A stretch of DNA of 64,000 nucleotides from an uncultured Pseudomonadota bacterium (GCA_963834845.1 CAWICY010000004.1:729530-793529), one strand, 5' to 3'; positions 39,302 to 53,492 are shown, counted from the stretch's first letter. The notes: generated by a model from the sequence alone, not told the origin. Made by a program: numbers and translations.

Positions 39302-39535
39302 CTAAGCCTTGGTCTCGGTCCTGCCCTTGACCTCGCCTTCGACCGTCTTGCCGGTGACCTGGGGCGCGGAGGCGCTCTCGCCGCCCTTGTCGCTCGCGCC
39401 CTCGCGCATGCCGTCCTTGAATCCGCGCACCGCGCCGCCAAGGTCCGCGCCCATGTTGCGCAGTTTCTTGGTGCCGAATATCAGCATCACGATGACGAGG
39501 ACGATCAGCCAGTGCCAGATGCTGAACGAACCCAT
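39302..39535 (-). CDS. tatA: twin-arginine translocase subunit TatA
   Basis: [40 protein letters not shown]. Confidence 0.95.
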   Translation of the reverse strand: MGSFSIWHWLIVLVIVMLIFGTKKLRNMGADLGGAVRGFKDGMREGASDKGGESASAPQVTGKTVEGEVKGRTETKA

Positions 39536-39544
39536 AAATTCCTC

Positions 39545-39898
39545 CTATTTCCTCTTCGAAATCATGGGGCCCAGCGTGTCCGGACCGCCGATGACGTGCA
39601 TGTGCAGATGATACACCTCCTGGTGCCCCACCCGCCCGGTGTTGATGATGACGCGAAAGCCGTCGTTCGCGCCTTCCTTCCTCGCCAGCTCGCCGGCCAG
39701 CGCCAGCATCTTGCCGAGCGCCCTGTGCTGCTTCATGTCGGCCTCGTAGAGCGAATCGACATGCTCCTTGGGGATGATCATGAAGTGCACCGGCGCAAGC
39801 GGCCGGATGTCGTGAAACGCGAACAGGTCCTCGTCCTCGTAGACCTTCTTCGACGGGATCTCGCCGCGCACGATCTTGCAGAACAGGCAATCCTGCAT
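39545..39898 (-). CDS. hinT: histidine triad (HIT) nucleotide-binding protein
   Basis: CLFCKIVRGEIPS...HLHMHVIGG is the HxHxHxx motif. 117 aa. Confidence 0.9.
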   Translation of the reverse strand: MQDCLFCKIVRGEIPSKKVYEDEDLFAFHDIRPLAPVHFMIIPKEHVDSLYEADMKQHRALGKMLALAGELARKEGANDGFRVIINTGRVGHQEVYHLHMHVIGGPDTLGPMISKRK

Positions 39899-39900
39899 GC

Positions 39901-40248
39901 TCACTTCCCCTCGTTGCCCTCGCCGTAGCGTGAAGCCTTCTCGTCGATGCCCGAGATGCCCTCGCGCCGGTGCAGCTCGGCGAGCACGTCGGCCGGTCCC
40001 AGGCCGTGCTGCGCCAGCGCGATCATGCAGTGGAACCACAGATCGGCCGTCTCGCGCACCAGCTGAAGGCGGTCGCCGCCCTTGGCGGCGAGCACCGTCT
40101 CGGTGGCTTCCTCGCCGATCTTCTTGAGCACCGCGTCCTCGCCCTTCGCGGTGAGCCGCGCGACGTAGGATTTCTCGGGATCCCCGCCCCGGTGCTCATC
40201 GATCACCGCGGCGATTCGCTCCAGCGCTTCGTACATTCCTGGCTTCAT
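39901..40248 (-). CDS. hisE: phosphoribosyl-ATP pyrophosphatase
   Basis: [30 protein letters not shown]...[13 protein letters not shown]. Confidence 0.9.
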   Translation of the reverse strand: MKPGMYEALERIAAVIDEHRGGDPEKSYVARLTAKGEDAVLKKIGEEATETVLAAKGGDRLQLVRETADLWFHCMIALAQHGLGPADVLAELHRREGISGIDEKASRYGEGNEGK

Positions 40249-40630
40249 TTTTTCCCGTAGATGAGCGAAGGATCCTTTATCACCGGATCGGTCGTCACCC
40301 ACCTCCCGTCTTCGAGTTTTTGGAAGAAGCAGCTCTCGCGCCCCGTGTGGCAGGCGATGCCGCCGACCTGCTCGACTTTCAGCAGCACCGCATCGGCGTC
40401 GCAGTCGATCCGCACTTCGAGCACCTTCTGCACGTGGCCCGACTCCTCGCCCTTGCGCCACAGCCTGCCGCGCGAGCGCGACCAGTACACCGCGCGGCCG
40501 GTCTTCGCCGTCTCGGCGAGCGACTCGCGGTTCATCCAGGCGAGCGTCAGCACCCGGCCGCTCGCGGCGTCCTGCGCGATCGCCGGCACGAGCCCATGCT
40601 CGTCCCAGCGCAGCTGCTCGAACCACTCGT

Positions 40631-40634
<4 letters not shown>
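40245..40634 (-). CDS. hisI: phosphoribosyl-AMP cyclohydrolase
   Basis: [26 protein letters not shown]...[20 protein letters not shown]...[22 protein letters not shown]. Confidence 0.92.
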
Positions 40635-41400
<766 letters not shown>

Positions 41401-41403
41401 GCC

Positions 41404-42156
41404 CTAGGCGTCCTTGCCGGCCGCCTTGTCCGCGGCCGCCTGCGCCTTCTTGAAGTCGAGCTTGCCCTCGTACAGCGCGCGCCCGGTGATCGCGCCGATG
41501 ATGCCCTCGGGCTGCAGCTTCTCGCACAGCGTCTGCACGTCCTTCAGGCTGCTGATGCCGCCCGAGGCGATGACCGGCGTCTTGATCGCCTGCGCGAGCC
41601 TGAGCGTGGCCTCGATGTTGATGCCGCTCATCATGCCGTCGCGCCCGATATCGGTGTAGATCAGCGCCTCGACGCCGTACTCCTCGTATTTCTTCGCCAG
41701 GTCGACGACGTCATGACCCGTCATCTTCGACCAGCCCTCGACCGCCACCTTGCCGTCCTTGGCGTCGAGGCCGGCGATGATGTGCCCGGGAAAAGCGTAG
41801 CAGGCATCCGACAGGAATCCCGGATTCTTCACCGCCGCGGTGCCGATCACGACGTAGGCGACGCCGGCATCGATGTAGCTCTCGATGGTGTCGAGGTCGC
41901 GGATGCCGCCGCCGAGCTGGATCGGCAACTGCTCGCCGACCGCCTTGATCATCTCGCGGATCACCTTCTCGTTCTTCGGCCGCCCGGCGACCGCGCCGTT
42001 CAGGTCGACGATGTGCAGCCGGCGCGCGCCTTCGGCGGCCCAGTGGCGCGCCATCGCCACCGGATCGTCGGAGAACACGGTCGCGGTCTTCATGTCGCCC
42101 TGCTTGAGGCGCACGCAGCGCCCGTCCTTGAGGTCGATCGCGGGAATGATCAGCAT
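41404..42156 (-). CDS. hisA: ProFAR isomerase
   Basis: [22 protein letters not shown]...HIVDLNGA...GGGIRD...ASGGISS. Confidence 0.94.
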   Translation of the reverse strand: MLIIPAIDLKDGRCVRLKQGDMKTATVFSDDPVAMARHWAAEGARRLHIVDLNGAVAGRPKNEKVIREMIKAVGEQLPIQLGGGIRDLDTIESYIDAGVAYVVIGTAAVKNPGFLSDACYAFPGHIIAGLDAKDGKVAVEGWSKMTGHDVVDLAKKYEEYGVEALIYTDIGRDGMMSGINIEATLRLAQAIKTPVIASGGISSLKDVQTLCEKLQPEGIIGAITGRALYEGKLDFKKAQAAADKAAGKDA

Positions 42157-42261
42157 GATTTGATTAGCGGATGGTGCGTGACCGGTACGCGAGGGCGCGT
42201 ACGCGGCTGAAAGAGGACGGTCGGGGCTCGAATCCGGGGATGCGCGGGATGTGCGCGAGAA

Positions 42262-42897
42262 TCAGGGTTGCCAGTGTACGAAGTTACGCAGCAACTGCAG
42301 TCCTGCGGCTTGGCTCTTTTCCGGATGGAACTGTACGGCAAAGATGTTATCGCGCGCAACCGCCGAGGTAAAGGCCACGCCGTAGCGCGTGCGCCCGCTG
42401 CGCACAGCGGGATCTGCCTCGTCGGCGTAGTAGCTGTGCACGAAATAGAAGCGCGCGCCGTCCGCGATTCCGCCCCAAAGCGCGTGAGACCGCGTCTGCG
42501 ACACCTCGTTCCATCCCATGTGCGGCACTTTCAGCCGCGCGCCGCTCGCGGGTTCGCGTAAATCCTCGGCAAAGCGCCGCACCGCGCCCGCCAGCACGCC
42601 CAGGCCGCGCACGCCGCCCTCGTCGCTCCTCTCGAACAGCATCTGCAGCCCGATGCAGATGCCGAGGAAGGGCTTGTCGCGCGACGCCTCGATCACCGGC
42701 TCGGTCAGGCCGCGCGCGGCGAGCTCGCCCATGCAGTCGGGCATCGCGCCCTGCCCGGGCACGACCACGCGCGCGGCGGCGCGGATCGCCGCCGCGTCGT
42801 CGGTCACCAGCACCTCGGCTTCAGGCGCGACGTGCTCGAGCGCCTTCGACACGGAGCGCAGGTTGCCCATGCCGTAATCGACGACCGCGATTCTCAA
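42262..42897 (-). CDS. hisH: imidazole glycerol phosphate synthase glutamine amidotransferase subunit
   Basis: [16 protein letters not shown]...[12 protein letters not shown]...VQFHPEKS. Confidence 0.94.
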   Translation of the reverse strand: MRIAVVDYGMGNLRSVSKALEHVAPEAEVLVTDDAAAIRAAARVVVPGQGAMPDCMGELAARGLTEPVIEASRDKPFLGICIGLQMLFERSDEGGVRGLGVLAGAVRRFAEDLREPASGARLKVPHMGWNEVSQTRSHALWGGIADGARFYFVHSYYADEADPAVRSGRTRYGVAFTSAVARDNIFAVQFHPEKSQAAGLQLLRNFVHWQP

Positions 42898-42898
42898 A

Positions 42899-43486
42899 TT
42901 AGAGGGAACCCTTGGTGGAGGGCACCGTGCCCGCGGCCCGCGGATCGGCCTCGGCCGCCATGCGCAGCGCGCGCGCGAATGCCTTGAACAGCGTTTCGCA
43001 CTGGTGGTGCGCGTTGTCGCCGCGCAGGTTGTCGACGTGCAGCGTCGCAGCCGCGTGGTTGACGAAGCCCTGGAAGAACTCGTGCACCAGGTCGACGTCG
43101 AACTCGCCGATCAGCGCGCGCGTCCAGGCGACGTGGAACTCGAGCCCGGGCCGCCCCGAGAAGTCGATCACCACGCGCGACAGCGCCTCGTCGAGCGGCA
43201 CGTAGGCATGACCGAAGCGGCGGATGCCACTCTTGTCGCCGAGCGCCTTGGCGACGGCCTGCCCGAGCGTAATGCCGATGTCCTCGACCGTGTGGTGCGC
43301 GTCGATGTGCAGGTCGCCCTTCGCCTCGATCTCCAGGTCGAGCGCGGCGTGGCGCGCCACCTGGTCGAGCATGTGCTCGAGGAACGGAATGCCAGTGGCG
43401 AGCTTCGCCGCGCCGCTGCCATCGAGGTTCAGCTTGACGCGGATCTGCGTTTCCTTGGTGTTGCGGACGATCTCGGCGGTACGCAT
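42899..43486 (-). CDS. hisB: imidazoleglycerol-phosphate dehydratase
   Basis: [18 protein letters not shown]...GIPFLEHML...[11 protein letters not shown]...[19 protein letters not shown]. 195 aa. It is fused in the ORF track to the upstream frames. Confidence 0.93.
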   Translation of the reverse strand: MRTAEIVRNTKETQIRVKLNLDGSGAAKLATGIPFLEHMLDQVARHAALDLEIEAKGDLHIDAHHTVEDIGITLGQAVAKALGDKSGIRRFGHAYVPLDEALSRVVIDFSGRPGLEFHVAWTRALIGEFDVDLVHEFFQGFVNHAAATLHVDNLRGDNAHHQCETLFKAFARALRMAAEADPRAAGTVPSTKGSL

Positions 43487-43494
43487 GGAGGTTC

Positions 43495-44551
43495 TCACAG
43501 CGCTTCGCGCAGCGCAGTCAGCAGTATACGGTTTTCGTCGGGTGTTCCCACGGTGACGCGCAGGCAGCCGGGCAGCGCCGGGCTGTCGAGGTTCTTCACC
43601 AGCACGCCCTGGCGGCGCAGCGCCTCGTAGGTGCGGCCGGCGTCGCGCACGCGGATCATGAAGAAGTTCGCCTCGGACGGAAAAACCGTCAATCCCTCGA
43701 GCGCGGCGAGCGCCGCGCCCACCACCGCGCGCTCGGCGCGGATGCGCGCGGCCTGCTCCTCGAGCACGTCGATGTGCCCGAGCACGTAAAGCGCCGCCGC
43801 CTGCGTCAGCACATTGACGTTGTAGGCCTGGCGCACCTTGTTGAACTGCTCGACCCATTCCGGCCGCCCGGCGAGGTAGCCGAGCCTGATTCCCGCGAGC
43901 CCGAGCTTCGACACGGTGCGCATCACCACCAGGTTGGGAAACTCGGCGAGCCGCGGCATGAAGCTCTTCTGCGCGAACACGTGGTAGGCCTCGTCCAGCA
44001 CCACCAGCCCCCGGGCCGCGCGCAAGATCGCGAGCACGTCGTCCTCGCGGTACAGCACGCCGGTGGGATTGTTCGGATAGGCGATGAACACCAATGCCGG
44101 GTCGTGCACCCTGAGTTGCGCGATGAACGCGTCGCGATCGAGCGTGAAGTCCCCGGCGCAGTGGCACGGCGACCGACTTCATGCCCGAGAAGGTCGCGTT
44201 CATGCCGTACATCACGAAGGTGGGCGCCGGGTACATCATCACCGCCCCGGGGCGTGCCAGCGCGAAAGTCACGATCTGGATCAGGTCGTCCGAGCCGTTG
44301 CCGAGCAGCAGCCCCATGCCGTCGGGCACCCGCATGACGCGCGCCAGCAGCTCGCGCAGACGGCGCCCCGAGGGATCCGGGTAGCGGTTGAGATCGACCG
44401 CCGCGAGCACCTGCGCCAGGTCGCGGCGCATCTCTGCCGGCAGCACGTAGGGGTTCTCCATGGCGTCGAGCTTGACCATGCCCTCGGAGTCGGGGACGTG
44501 GTAGGCCTTGAGCGCCAGGATCTCCGGCCGGACGAGCTCTTCCGGGGTCAC
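43495..44551 (-). pseudogene. hisC: histidinol-phosphate aminotransferase, one frameshift (pseudogene or sequence error)
   Basis: N-terminal part (GTG at 44551, GTGA overlap with the hisD stop): ...[24 protein letters not shown]...[11 protein letters not shown]...PTFVMY...SVAVPL. C-terminal part in another frame: [20 protein letters not shown]...[10 protein letters not shown]...[16 protein letters not shown]. The shift is near 44151-44156. Span is 1057 nt. Confidence 0.88.
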
Positions 44552-45843
44552 TCGAACCTCATCTCCGCCGAGCGCGCGTGCGCGGCGAGACCCTCGCCCT
44601 CGGCGAGCGTCGCGGCGACGCGCCCGAGCGTGGCGGCGCCTTCGCGCGACACCGAGATCAGACTCGAGCGCTTCTGGAAGTCGTACACGCCGAGCGGCGA
44701 GGAAAAGCGCGCCGTGCCGGCGGTGGGCAGCACGTGGTTCGGGCCGGCGCAGTAATCGCCCACCGCCTCGGAGCTCCAGCGCCCGAGGAAGATCGCGCCC
44801 GCGTTGCGCAGCCTGGGGAGCCAAGCTTCGGGCTCGGCGACCGAGAGCTCGAGGTGCTCGGGCGCGACGCGGTTGGCGAGCGCGCAGGCCTCCTCGAGGT
44901 CGCGCGTCAGTACCAGCGCGCCGCGCGCGCCGAGCGATGCCTCGATCACCGCGCGCCGGGGCATCGCGGGTAGCAGCCTGTCGATCGCCTTCTCCACTTC
45001 TTCCAGATGCCGGGCGTCGGGCGAAAGGAGCAGCGCCTGCGCCACCTCGTCGTGCTCGGCCTGCGAGAAGAGGTCCATCGCCACCCAGTCGGCGCTGGTG
45101 GTGCCGTCGCTGATCACCAGGATCTCCGACGGCCCGGCGATCATGTCGATGCCGACCTGGCCGAACACCTGGCGCTTGGCCGCCGCGACGTAGGCGTTGC
45201 CGGGCCCGACGATCTTGTCGACGCGCGGCACGCTCGCGGTGCCGTAGGCGAGCGCGGCCACCGCCTGCGCGCCGCCTAGCGCGAAGGCGCGGTCGACGCC
45301 GGCGAGCGCGGCGGCGGCGAGCACCAGCGGGTTTCTCTCGCCGCCCGGGGTCGGGCTCGCCATGATGAGCTCCCCGACCCCCGCCACCTTGGCGGGAATC
45401 GCGTTCATCAGCACCGACGAGGGATACGCCGCCTTGCCGCCGGGGACGTAGAGGCCGACGCGCTCGAGCGCGCTGACGCGCTGGCCGAGCACAGTGCCAT
45501 CGGCTTCGGCGTACTGCCATGACTGCCCCAGCTGGCGCTCGTGGAAGCGCCGCACGCGCGCCGCGGCCACGGCGAGCGCCTGCGCTTCGCGCGCCGGCAG
45601 CGCTGCGAGCGCCGCATCCATCTCGGCGCGCGGAATCTCGAGCTCGGCCGCCGAGCGCGCCTCGACGCGGTCGAGCCTGCGCGTGTAGTCGATGAGCGCC
45701 GCATCGCCGCGCGCGCGCACCTCGGCGATGATGGTGCGCACGGTGGCTTCGACCGCCTCGTCCTGCGCGGCCTCATAGCGCGTGAGCCGCGCGAGCTCGG
45801 CGTCGAATCCGGCCGCGCGCGAATCGAGCCGGCGCAGCTTCAT
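44548..45843 (-). CDS. hisD: histidinol dehydrogenase
   Basis: MKLRRLDS...[27 protein letters not shown]...[16 protein letters not shown]...[10 protein letters not shown]...AHARSAE. 431 aa. ATGA overlap with the hisG stop. Confidence 0.94.
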   Translation of the reverse strand: MKLRRLDSRAAGFDAELARLTRYEAAQDEAVEATVRTIIAEVRARGDAALIDYTRRLDRVEARSAAELEIPRAEMDAALAALPAREAQALAVAAARVRRFHERQLGQSWQYAEADGTVLGQRVSALERVGLYVPGGKAAYPSSVLMNAIPAKVAGVGELIMASPTPGGERNPLVLAAAALAGVDRAFALGGAQAVAALAYGTASVPRVDKIVGPGNAYVAAAKRQVFGQVGIDMIAGPSEILVISDGTTSADWVAMDLFSQAEHDEVAQALLLSPDARHLEEVEKAIDRLLPAMPRRAVIEASLGARGALVLTRDLEEACALANRVAPEHLELSVAEPEAWLPRLRNAGAIFLGRWSSEAVGDYCAGPNHVLPTAGTARFSSPLGVYDFQKRSSLISVSREGAATLGRVAATLAEGEGLAAHARSAEMRFE

Positions 45844-46487
45844 CGCGCTTCCTGGGCCGCCGCCGCGAATGCGTCGATCAGCTCCCGCAGCCCGGCGCGC
45901 TTGGTCTTGAGCGCCGCCTGGTTGACCACCAGGCGCGCCGACACCTGCATGATCTCCTCGACCGGCACCAGCTTGTTGGCGCGCAGCGTGTTGCCGCTCG
46001 AGACCAGGTCGACGATCGCGTCGGCGAGGCCCACGATGGGCGCCAGCTCCATCGAGCCGTAGAGCTTGATCAGGTCGACGTGCACGCCCTTGGCGGCGAA
46101 GTGCTCGCGCGTCGCGCGCAGGTACTTGGTGGCCACGCGCAGCCGCGCGCCGCGGCGCACCGCGCCCTCGTAGTCGAAGCCCTCGGGGACGGCGACCATC
46201 ATGCGGCAACGCGCGATGCCGAGGTCGACGGGCTGGTACAGGCCCTCGCCGCCGTGCTCGACCAGCACGTCCTTGCCCGCGATGCCGAGGTCGGCGCCGC
46301 CGTACTGAACGTAGGTCGGGGTGTCGGAAGCGCGCACAATGATCAATCGCACGCCCGCCCGGTTGGTGCCGATCACCAGCTTGCGGGAGGTCTCGGGGTC
46401 CTCCTTCGGCCGGATGCCGACACGCGCGAGCAGCGGCGCCGTCTCCTCGAAGATGCGCCCCTTGGAAAGGGCGATGCTGATGGTCAT
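45840..46487 (-). CDS. hisG: ATP phosphoribosyltransferase, short form
   Basis: [16 protein letters not shown]...[24 protein letters not shown]...[12 protein letters not shown]. 215 aa. Confidence 0.93.
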   Translation of the reverse strand: MTISIALSKGRIFEETAPLLARVGIRPKEDPETSRKLVIGTNRAGVRLIIVRASDTPTYVQYGGADLGIAGKDVLVEHGGEGLYQPVDLGIARCRMMVAVPEGFDYEGAVRRGARLRVATKYLRATREHFAAKGVHVDLIKLYGSMELAPIVGLADAIVDLVSSGNTLRANKLVPVEEIMQVSARLVVNQAALKTKRAGLRELIDAFAAAAQEAR

Positions 46488-46533
46488 GGAAGTGAAACCC
46501 GCGAGGCCAAGCGCGGGATTTTACCGCACCGCG

Positions 46534-47780
<1,247 letters not shown>

Positions 47781-47788
<8 letters not shown>

Positions 47789-48020
47789 CGGCCTGCCACT
47801 CCTCCGGCGTCACGGTGCGCATCGACAGCGCGTGAATCTCCTCACGCATGCGATCGCCGAGCGCCGCGTACACCAGCTGGTGGCGCTGTACCCTGTTGCG
47901 GCCCTCGAACTCGCGCGACACGATCAGGGCCTGGAAATGCTCCCCGTCGCCGGCGACCTCGAGGTGCTCGCACGCCAGCCCGGCCGCGATTCCCTGCTTG
48001 ACGCTCTCCACCGTCACCAT
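47781..48020 (-). CDS. ibaG: BolA-family protein (IbaG/YrbA-like)
   Basis: 79 aa. ...[31 protein letters not shown]...IHALSMRT. Sits in the conserved position between the mla genes and murA. Confidence 0.85.
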
Positions 48021-48024
48021 GTCC

Positions 48025-48780
48025 CTATCCCCGCAGCTTGTAGCCGCTCCTCAGCATCGAGAGCGCGGCGGCCGTTACCAGCGCGAAGCTTATACCGACT
48101 ACTGCGATGCTGATGAGCGGCGAAATGTCGGACACGCCGAAGAACCCGTAGCGAAAGCCGTCGATCATGTAGAAAAACGGGTTGGCGTGCGACAGCTTCT
48201 GCCACAACGCCGGCAGCGAATGGATCGAGTAGAACACGCCCGACAGGAAGGTGAGCGGCATGATGAGAAAATTCTGGAACCCCGCGAGCTGGTCGAAGCG
48301 GTCGGCCCATATGCCGGCGATCAGCCCCAGCGCGCCGAGCAGCCCGCTGCCGAGCAGCGCGAAGGCGAGCGCCCACAGCGGCGCGGCGAGCCGCAGGTCG
48401 ACGAACCACACCGTGACCAGCAGCACGCCAAGCCCCACCACCATGGCGCGCACCATCGAGGCCAGCACGTAGCCGAGGAAGAACTCCACGTACGAGATCG
48501 GCGTGAGCAGGATGAACACCAGGCTGCCGGTGATTTTCGACTGGATCACGCTCGATGAGCTGTTGGCGAAGGAGTTCTGCAGCACGCTCATCATGATCAG
48601 GCCCGGCACCAGGAACGCGGTGTAGCGCACGTCCTCGTACACGCGCACGCGACCCTCGAGCGCGTGCGCGAAGATGAGCAGATAAAGCAGCGCGGTCAGC
48701 ACCGGAGCCGCCACCGTCTGAAAGCTCACCTTCCAGAAGCGCACCAGCTCCTTGTAGAACAGCGTGGCGAAGCCCCCCAT
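48025..48780 (-). CDS. ABC-2 type transporter permease
   Basis: 251 aa, six TM segments, MGGFATLFYKELVRFWK... Start overlaps the stop of the upstream ATPase. The longer ORF to 49083 is not used. Confidence 0.8.
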   Translation of the reverse strand: MGGFATLFYKELVRFWKVSFQTVAAPVLTALLYLLIFAHALEGRVRVYEDVRYTAFLVPGLIMMSVLQNSFANSSSSVIQSKITGSLVFILLTPISYVEFFLGYVLASMVRAMVVGLGVLLVTVWFVDLRLAAPLWALAFALLGSGLLGALGLIAGIWADRFDQLAGFQNFLIMPLTFLSGVFYSIHSLPALWQKLSHANPFFYMIDGFRYGFFGVSDISPLISIAVVGISFALVTAAALSMLRSGYKLRG

Positions 48781-49679
48781 CAGTGCCGCCCCATCACGCT
48801 CACGAACACTTCTTCCAGGTCGGGCTGCTGCAACTCGAACTCCTTGATCGCGAGCCCGGCCTGCCGCAGCTGCGCCAGCACCGTCTCGAGCTCGGCGTAG
48901 CCCTCGAGCCGCAGCGTCACGCGGGCGCCGTCGCGCGCCACGACGCGCGAGGCGAAAGCCTCGGGCAGCCGCTCGCGGTCCATCCCGAGCCTCAGGTAGA
49001 GCCCCGAAAGACTCGCCAGCAGGTTGCGCGTCGAGTCGAGGGCCACCACGCGCCCAGCCTTGAGCATCGCGATGCGCGTGCACAGCGACTCAGCCTCCTC
49101 CAGGTAGTGCGTCGTCAGGACCACCGTATGGCCGTCGCGGTTCAGGCGCCGCACGAACGCCCACAGCCCCTGGCGCAGCTCGACATCGACGCCTGCGGTC
49201 GGCTCATCGAGCACGATCACCGGCGGCTTGTGCACCAGCGCCTGCGCGACCAGCACGCGGCGCTTCATGCCACCGGAGAGCGCACGCATGTTGACCTCGG
49301 CCTTCGAGTCGAGGTCCAGGTGGTGCATTACTTCGTCGATCCAGGGGTCGCTCGCGCGAATGCCGAAGTAGCCGGCCTGGAAGCGCAGCGTCTCGCGCAC
49401 CGTGAAGAAGGGATCGAACACCAGCTCCTGCGGCACCACGCCCAGCATGCGGCGCGTGCGCCGGTAGTCGGCGACGACGTCGGCGCCCATCACCGACACC
49501 GAGCCGCTGTCGGCACGCACCAGGCCGGCGACCACGCTGATCAGCGTCGTCTTGCCGGCCCCGTTCGGCCCCAGCAGCCCGAAAAACTCGCCCTGCGGGA
49601 TCGACAGGCTCACGCCGGCGAGCGCCTGCACCGCTCCGTAGCGCTTCTCGACCTCGCGAATCTCGATGGCGGAGGTCAG
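48780..49679 (-). CDS. ABC transporter ATP-binding protein (ABC-2 partner); start codon unresolved
   Basis: GPNGAGKTT, LSGGMKRRVLVAQAL and LDEPTAGVD. Conserved coding sequence TSAIEIREVEKRYGA lies upstream of the first canonical start (GTG 49631). The only start-like codon there is CTG 49679, in a CTGA overlap with the STAS gene stop. Confidence 0.75.
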   Translation of the reverse strand: MTSAIEIREVEKRYGAVQALAGVSLSIPQGEFFGLLGPNGAGKTTLISVVAGLVRADSGSVSVMGADVVADYRRTRRMLGVVPQELVFDPFFTVRETLRFQAGYFGIRASDPWIDEVMHHLDLDSKAEVNMRALSGGMKRRVLVAQALVHKPPVIVLDEPTAGVDVELRQGLWAFVRRLNRDGHTVVLTTHYLEEAESLCTRIAMLKAGRVVALDSTRNLLASLSGLYLRLGMDRERLPEAFASRVVARDGARVTLRLEGYAELETVLAQLRQAGLAIKEFELQQPDLEEVFVSVMGRH

Positions 49680-49966
49680 CGGCGCGCGCCCGAGCCGGGC
49701 AGCAGGCTGTCCACGCCGTACAGGCGCGCGATGGTGGCGAGGCCCTCGGGCAGGTTGGCAAACTCGATCTCAGCCTGCTGTCGACGCGCTTCGCGCATCC
49801 AGGACAGCATCGCGGCGAGCAGCGACGAATCGATCTCGGTCACCTCGCCGAGGTCGAAGGTGCGCGCGCCCTCGCGCAGCTGGTTGGCGCCCTCGGCGAG
49901 CACGGCTCCGACGTTGGCGAGCGTCACCGGGCCGCCGATCACCAGCCGCGCGCCGTCGCGCCGCAT
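49676..49966 (-). CDS. mlaB: STAS-domain protein (MlaB-like)
   Basis: 96 aa. ...FDLGEVTEIDSSLLAAMLSWMREA... ATGA overlap with the mlaC stop. Confidence 0.7.
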   Translation of the reverse strand: MRRDGARLVIGGPVTLANVGAVLAEGANQLREGARTFDLGEVTEIDSSLLAAMLSWMREARRQQAEIEFANLPEGLATIARLYGVDSLLPGSGARR

Positions 49967-50610
49967 CACTTCTTCCCCGCAAGGGGCTCTTGCTCGAGCG
50001 ACTTGTTCTTGGCGCCGAGGCTCTTCAGCAGGCCGTCGATCCCGCCCTGACGTACCTCCGCGTCGAATTCGGTGCGGTAGTTCGCCACCAGGCTGACGCC
50101 GGCCACGTACACGTTGTAGCACTTCCAGCCCTCGGGCGTCTTTTCCATGTCGTAGTCGATCGCCACCGGCTGCCTGCCGGACTGGATCACGCGCACGTTG
50201 ACCGTGACGTCCGTGTCGCCCGGCCTGGCGCGCAGCGGCCGGAACTCGAACTTCTCGTCCTGGTAGGACGAAAGCGCGCTCGAGTACGTGCGCACCAGCA
50301 GCGTCTTGAACTCGGCGACGAGGCGCTCCTTCTGCTCGGGCGAGGCCTGCCGCCAGTTGCGGCCCATCGCGATGCGCGTCATGTAGGTGAAGTCGAAGTG
50401 CGGCACGACCTTCTCCTCGACCAGGGCCATGACCTTCTGGTGATTGCCGGCCTGGATCTCCCGGTCGCGCTTGACGATGTCTAGCACCTCGAGAGTGACC
50501 CGCTTCACCAGCGCGTCGGGCGAGACTTCGGCATCGGCGCCGAATGCCGGTACGGCGAGCGCCGCGCAGGCGATGCCGGCCACGAACCAATTGATGACGA
50601 GGCGCGACAC
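49966..50610 (-). CDS. mlaC: phospholipid-binding periplasmic protein MlaC (Ttg2D family)
   Basis: Signal peptide, then ...VVPHFDFTYMTRIAMGRNWRQASPEQK..F..LLVRTYS. Confidence 0.85.
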   Translation of the reverse strand: MSRLVINWFVAGIACAALAVPAFGADAEVSPDALVKRVTLEVLDIVKRDREIQAGNHQKVMALVEEKVVPHFDFTYMTRIAMGRNWRQASPEQKERLVAEFKTLLVRTYSSALSSYQDEKFEFRPLRARPGDTDVTVNVRVIQSGRQPVAIDYDMEKTPEGWKCYNVYVAGVSLVANYRTEFDAEVRQGGIDGLLKSLGAKNKSLEQEPLAGKK

Positions 50611-50613
50611 GGC

Positions 50614-51351
50614 TCAATCCTCCGGCAGCCGCTCGCGCGGCGGGTTGCCGTCGTAGATCAGGCTCCTGCGCCGCTGCAGGTAGAAATCGCGCCGGAACGA
50701 GTACTCGTCGAGCGCCGCCTGCTCCACGATCTTGCCGGCCTCGAGCAGCTCGGAGCGCTCGCTCACGACACGCAGCCCGGCCATGGAATTGCGCACCGGG
50801 ACATTGTGATAGCCGAGCAAGGGCGACATATACAGATCGAAGCCGAGCCCCACGCCGTCGCGCACGCCGCTCGGCCCGAAGAACGGCAGTACCAGGTAGG
50901 GGCCGCTGCCCACGCCCCAGACCGCGAAGGTCTGGCCGAAATCCTCGTTGTGCTTATCCAGTCCCATCTCGCTCGCCACGTCGTTGATGCCCGCCAGGCC
51001 GAACGTCGTGTTGAACAGGACCCGCGCCCAGTCATTGAACCCCTCGCCCGGCTTGCCCTGCAGCATGTTGTTGACGCCTATGAATACGTCGGAGATGTTG
51101 GAGAAGAAGTTTCGCACCATTACCCGCAGCGGTCCGGGGAGCACGTCGTGGTAGGCGGTCGCCACCGGCTTGAGCACGGCCTTGTCCAGCCCGTCGTTGA
51201 ACGAGAACACGCTGCGATTGAAACTCTCGTAGGGGTCGCGCGGATCGGGGTTCTGCACGGTGGCGCAGCCCGAGGCGAGCGACACGGCGAGCGCAAGCGC
51301 CAGCATGCGCCCCGGGGCGAGCCCCCCGAGGAACCGATCGAGCGAGTTCAC
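50614..51351 (-). CDS. mlaA: MlaA/VacJ outer-membrane lipoprotein
   Basis: Lipobox LASGC. DPYESFNRSVFSFNDGLD, NNMLQGK and GPYLVLPFFGPS. Confidence 0.9.
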   Translation of the reverse strand: MNSLDRFLGGLAPGRMLALALAVSLASGCATVQNPDPRDPYESFNRSVFSFNDGLDKAVLKPVATAYHDVLPGPLRVMVRNFFSNISDVFIGVNNMLQGKPGEGFNDWARVLFNTTFGLAGINDVASEMGLDKHNEDFGQTFAVWGVGSGPYLVLPFFGPSGVRDGVGLGFDLYMSPLLGYHNVPVRNSMAGLRVVSERSELLEAGKIVEQAALDEYSFRRDFYLQRRRSLIYDGNPPRERLPED

Positions 51352-51821
51352 TTGCTGTTGTCCTTGCCTTCGGCCGCCTTGTTGAACATGAACTGGCTGA
51401 TCAGGTTCTCCAGCACCACGGCCGACTGTGTGAGCCGCAGCCGGTCGCCGTTCGCCAGCATCTTGCTGTCGCCTCCGGCGTCGAGGCCGATGTACTGCTC
51501 ACCGAGCAGCCCGGAGGTGAGGATCTTCGCGACCGTGTCGCGCGGAAACTTGTAGCGCGCGTCGACGCTCATGGTGACGATCGCCTCGTAGGTCTGGTCA
51601 TCGAAACGTACGTCCGCAACCCGACCGACCACCACGCCGGCGCTCTTGATCGGGGCGCGGATTTTGAGCCCGCCGATGTTAGCAAAATTGGCCTGCATCT
51701 GATAAGTCGCGGAGGTCGAGAGCGCGGTGAGATTACCCACTTTCAGCGCAAGGAATAGCAGCGCGCCGAAGCCCGCGGCCACGAATATGCCGACCCAGAG
51801 ATCGATGGTGGAGCGGTTCAT
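51348..51821 (-). CDS. mlaD: MlaD (MCE-domain) protein
   Basis: [30 protein letters not shown], then the MCE domain ...[19 protein letters not shown]. 157 aa. Confidence 0.88.
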   Translation of the reverse strand: MNRSTIDLWVGIFVAAGFGALLFLALKVGNLTALSTSATYQMQANFANIGGLKIRAPIKSAGVVVGRVADVRFDDQTYEAIVTMSVDARYKFPRDTVAKILTSGLLGEQYIGLDAGGDSKMLANGDRLRLTQSAVVLENLISQFMFNKAAEGKDNSK

Positions 51822-52624
51822 CTTCCGTTTCCTCCGGTAAACATGAGCGCCGTGAGAATGAAGTCGAGCGCCAGGATAGCGAGCGAAGAGGTGACGACCG
51901 TGCGCGTGGTCGCGCCCGATACGCCTTCGGCCGTGGGCGGCGCGTCGTAACCCTCGAATACCGCGATCCACGACACCGCGATGCCGAACACGAAGCTCTT
52001 GATGACACCGTTCAGGATGTCCTCGCGCAAGTCGACTGCGGCCTGCATCTGCGACCAGAACGCCCCCTCGTCGACGCCGATCAGCTTCACCCCGACCAGG
52101 TAGCCGCCGAATACGCCCATCGCCGAGAACAGGCCCGCGAGCAGCGGCATCGAGATCACGCCGCCCCAGAAGCGCGGCGCCACGACGCGCGCGATCGGAT
52201 CGACCGCCATCATCTCCATCGCCGAGATCTGCTCGGTCGCCTTCATCAGCCCGATTTCCGCGGTGATCGCCGACCCCGCGCGGCTGGCGAACAACAGGCC
52301 CGCCACCACCGGCCCGAGCTCGCGCACCAGCGACAGGGCCACCAGCACTCCGAGCGCCTCGGACGAGCCGTAGCGCTCGAGCGTGTTGTAGCCCTGCAAG
52401 CCGAGCACCATGCCAACGAACAGGCCCGAGACGAGGATGATGATCAGCGACAGCACCCCGGCGAAGTAGATCTCGCGGATCGTCAGCGGGAAGCGCCGCA
52501 GCGCGGTGCCCGAGTGCAGCACCATGTAACCGAGGAAGCGGCTGGCGAAGCCGAGCCGCCAGAGGCGCGACGTTACCTGGCTCCCCAGCCGCTCGAAGAA
52601 TCCGCGCACCGCGCTGTTCGCCAT
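51818..52624 (-). CDS. mlaE: MlaE ABC permease
   Basis: 268 aa. ...[41 protein letters not shown]... Confidence 0.9.
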   Translation of the reverse strand: MANSAVRGFFERLGSQVTSRLWRLGFASRFLGYMVLHSGTALRRFPLTIREIYFAGVLSLIIILVSGLFVGMVLGLQGYNTLERYGSSEALGVLVALSLVRELGPVVAGLLFASRAGSAITAEIGLMKATEQISAMEMMAVDPIARVVAPRFWGGVISMPLLAGLFSAMGVFGGYLVGVKLIGVDEGAFWSQMQAAVDLREDILNGVIKSFVFGIAVSWIAVFEGYDAPPTAEGVSGATTRTVVTSSLAILALDFILTALMFTGGNGR

Positions 52625-52625
52625 C

Positions 52626-53435
<810 letters not shown>

Positions 53436-53492
53436 GGGGCGGCGGCGCGGAAAAAACGCGGATTTTACTCGTATCTATATATCATTGGCGTC

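Noticed and set aside
42157-42261. 105-nt gap between hisA and hisH, where some relatives have a small membrane-protein gene; track ORF 42150..42359 (69 aa).
   Set aside because: The gap is too short for a gene. The 69-aa ORF overlaps hisH off-frame and has no features.
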